Positions 62,792 to 64,000 of a DNA stretch of 64,000 bases are shown one piece after another. The stretch is taken from NCBI GenBank assembly GCA_046563655.1, contig CM102286.1, positions 7,750,001 to 7,814,000 of the forward strand, written 5' to 3'. This DNA is from Yuukianura sp. NJ FZ-2021. Its lineage: Eukaryota. Numbering within the stretch: the first letter of the stretch is position 1; each line of letters begins with the position of its first letter. Under the pieces are notes generated by a model that made no database searches, had not been told where the DNA came from, and saw only the letters and a program-made list of their open reading frames with translations. A program made the position numbers and the translations under genes.

Positions 62792-64000
62792 TCTAATTTT
62801 CTACAAAAGGAAATTTTTTGAAAAAAAAAAAACTTCGGGAAAAATGATTCTCAAATAGTTTACTATTTGACTAAAATAGATATCGGTCATTGCAAGCGAC
62901 TTTGTAAAGATTTGAAACACACTTTTTGTAGTAAGAACAAAAGGAATTGTTCAAAATAAGTAACCCAAGGTTATGGAAAGTTTTCGAAATCGATTATGCC
63001 AAAGCATAACTCAACTTAGTATTGCCTAGGCACAATGCAATGCCTTTATTCAGTAATCCGCTTCTGCGCATGCGACGTTTTAAATTTGACTAGGGCTTTT
63101 AAATTGGATTGGACCTTGTCTCTACGGAGCCTAGAAATAACTAATTGGATGAGGCTCTTAGGAAGTAGGAAAAGACAAGGCGGATTTAAGCTTAGCCTTT
63201 TGCCTGGAAATGATGATGGACAGCAAGACAAGAGCATTGAGTTGGCTAGGGAAAGTGGAATGCTGCCCAGCACTTTTGGGGTTGGTGCATTTTGCAGTAG
63301 TGTTAAGGCAGCTAAGTGGAGGCTGAGAGAGCTCCAGATCATATATCTATCTCTCGTGTAATCTTCTTATCTGTCCAGAAGGGCCTGGGATCCTAGTGAA
63401 GGGCCAGTCTCTCTAAAAAGAAAAAGTCCACCATCAACAATGTGCGGAGGGGAAAGTGGAAAAGAGAAAGTGGCGGGAAAAGTCTCGACGGGTCAATTTT
63501 TGAATAATGAGAATTTACGAGGACCTATTTTTATGGTGACGGAGAATAATAAGGGAAGTGGAGGAGAGAAAGTAAAATCTCCAGAGGTTTACACATTTTT
63601 TAGCTTTCTCGGCACAGCAGAATTTTTTGGCTCGTAGAAAACTGTGGTATTCTTGCGTTATGAAAGGAACGAAGGATATTTTTTTTGGTTCAAAATGGCT
63701 TCACATAATAATAATAATATCTTTTCCATTCCAAAAGGGAAAGGAAGACTTTTGGAAAAGAAAATTTTGGTGGTGTTGTCGCTGTGTGCCAGTCGTTAGT
63801 TTATTCCAACTGGAGATATTCTGGAGAGTGTGCAAGTAAATCATGATGAACGCCGTCGCGAATATTGTAGGTCTCCATATCCTGCTTATGTGGAATAAGG
63901 AAGGGAAAGGCGCATGAATAGGCGGAGAAAGCAGGAAAAGTAGCTTTCTCCTTTTCTCATTTTATATAATGCCACTTTACACGATTTCTCAAGGGAATTT

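Noticed and set aside
63035..63361. Overlapping 98 and 108 aa ORFs on opposite strands
   Set aside because: No recognisable domain or splice context.

Overview
AT-rich arthropod genomic DNA with short introns. The 18S sequence and gene content suggest a springtail (Collembola), which is an inference. From left to right the window holds: a palindromic Mutator-like element; a ZNF511-like gene (-); a divergent annexin (+); an internally deleted hAT element; an intact ~19-exon nitric oxide synthase (-) with a remodelled arginine pocket and no autoinhibitory loop; and a 7-kb nest of MITEs. Next comes a single complete 18S-5.8S-28S rDNA unit (-) flanked by spacer repeats. Its 1.25-kb spacer subrepeats appear to have arisen by unequal crossover between a pogo MITE and a longer intron-bearing pogo pseudogene. 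A diverged spacer copy without rRNA genes follows, then long non-coding DNA, a very young intact BEL/Pao retrotransposon (identical 353-bp LTRs, one ending TA instead of CA), and an intronless secreted berberine-bridge-enzyme-like FAD oxidase that is probably horizontally acquired. All calls were made by eye, with no database searches.
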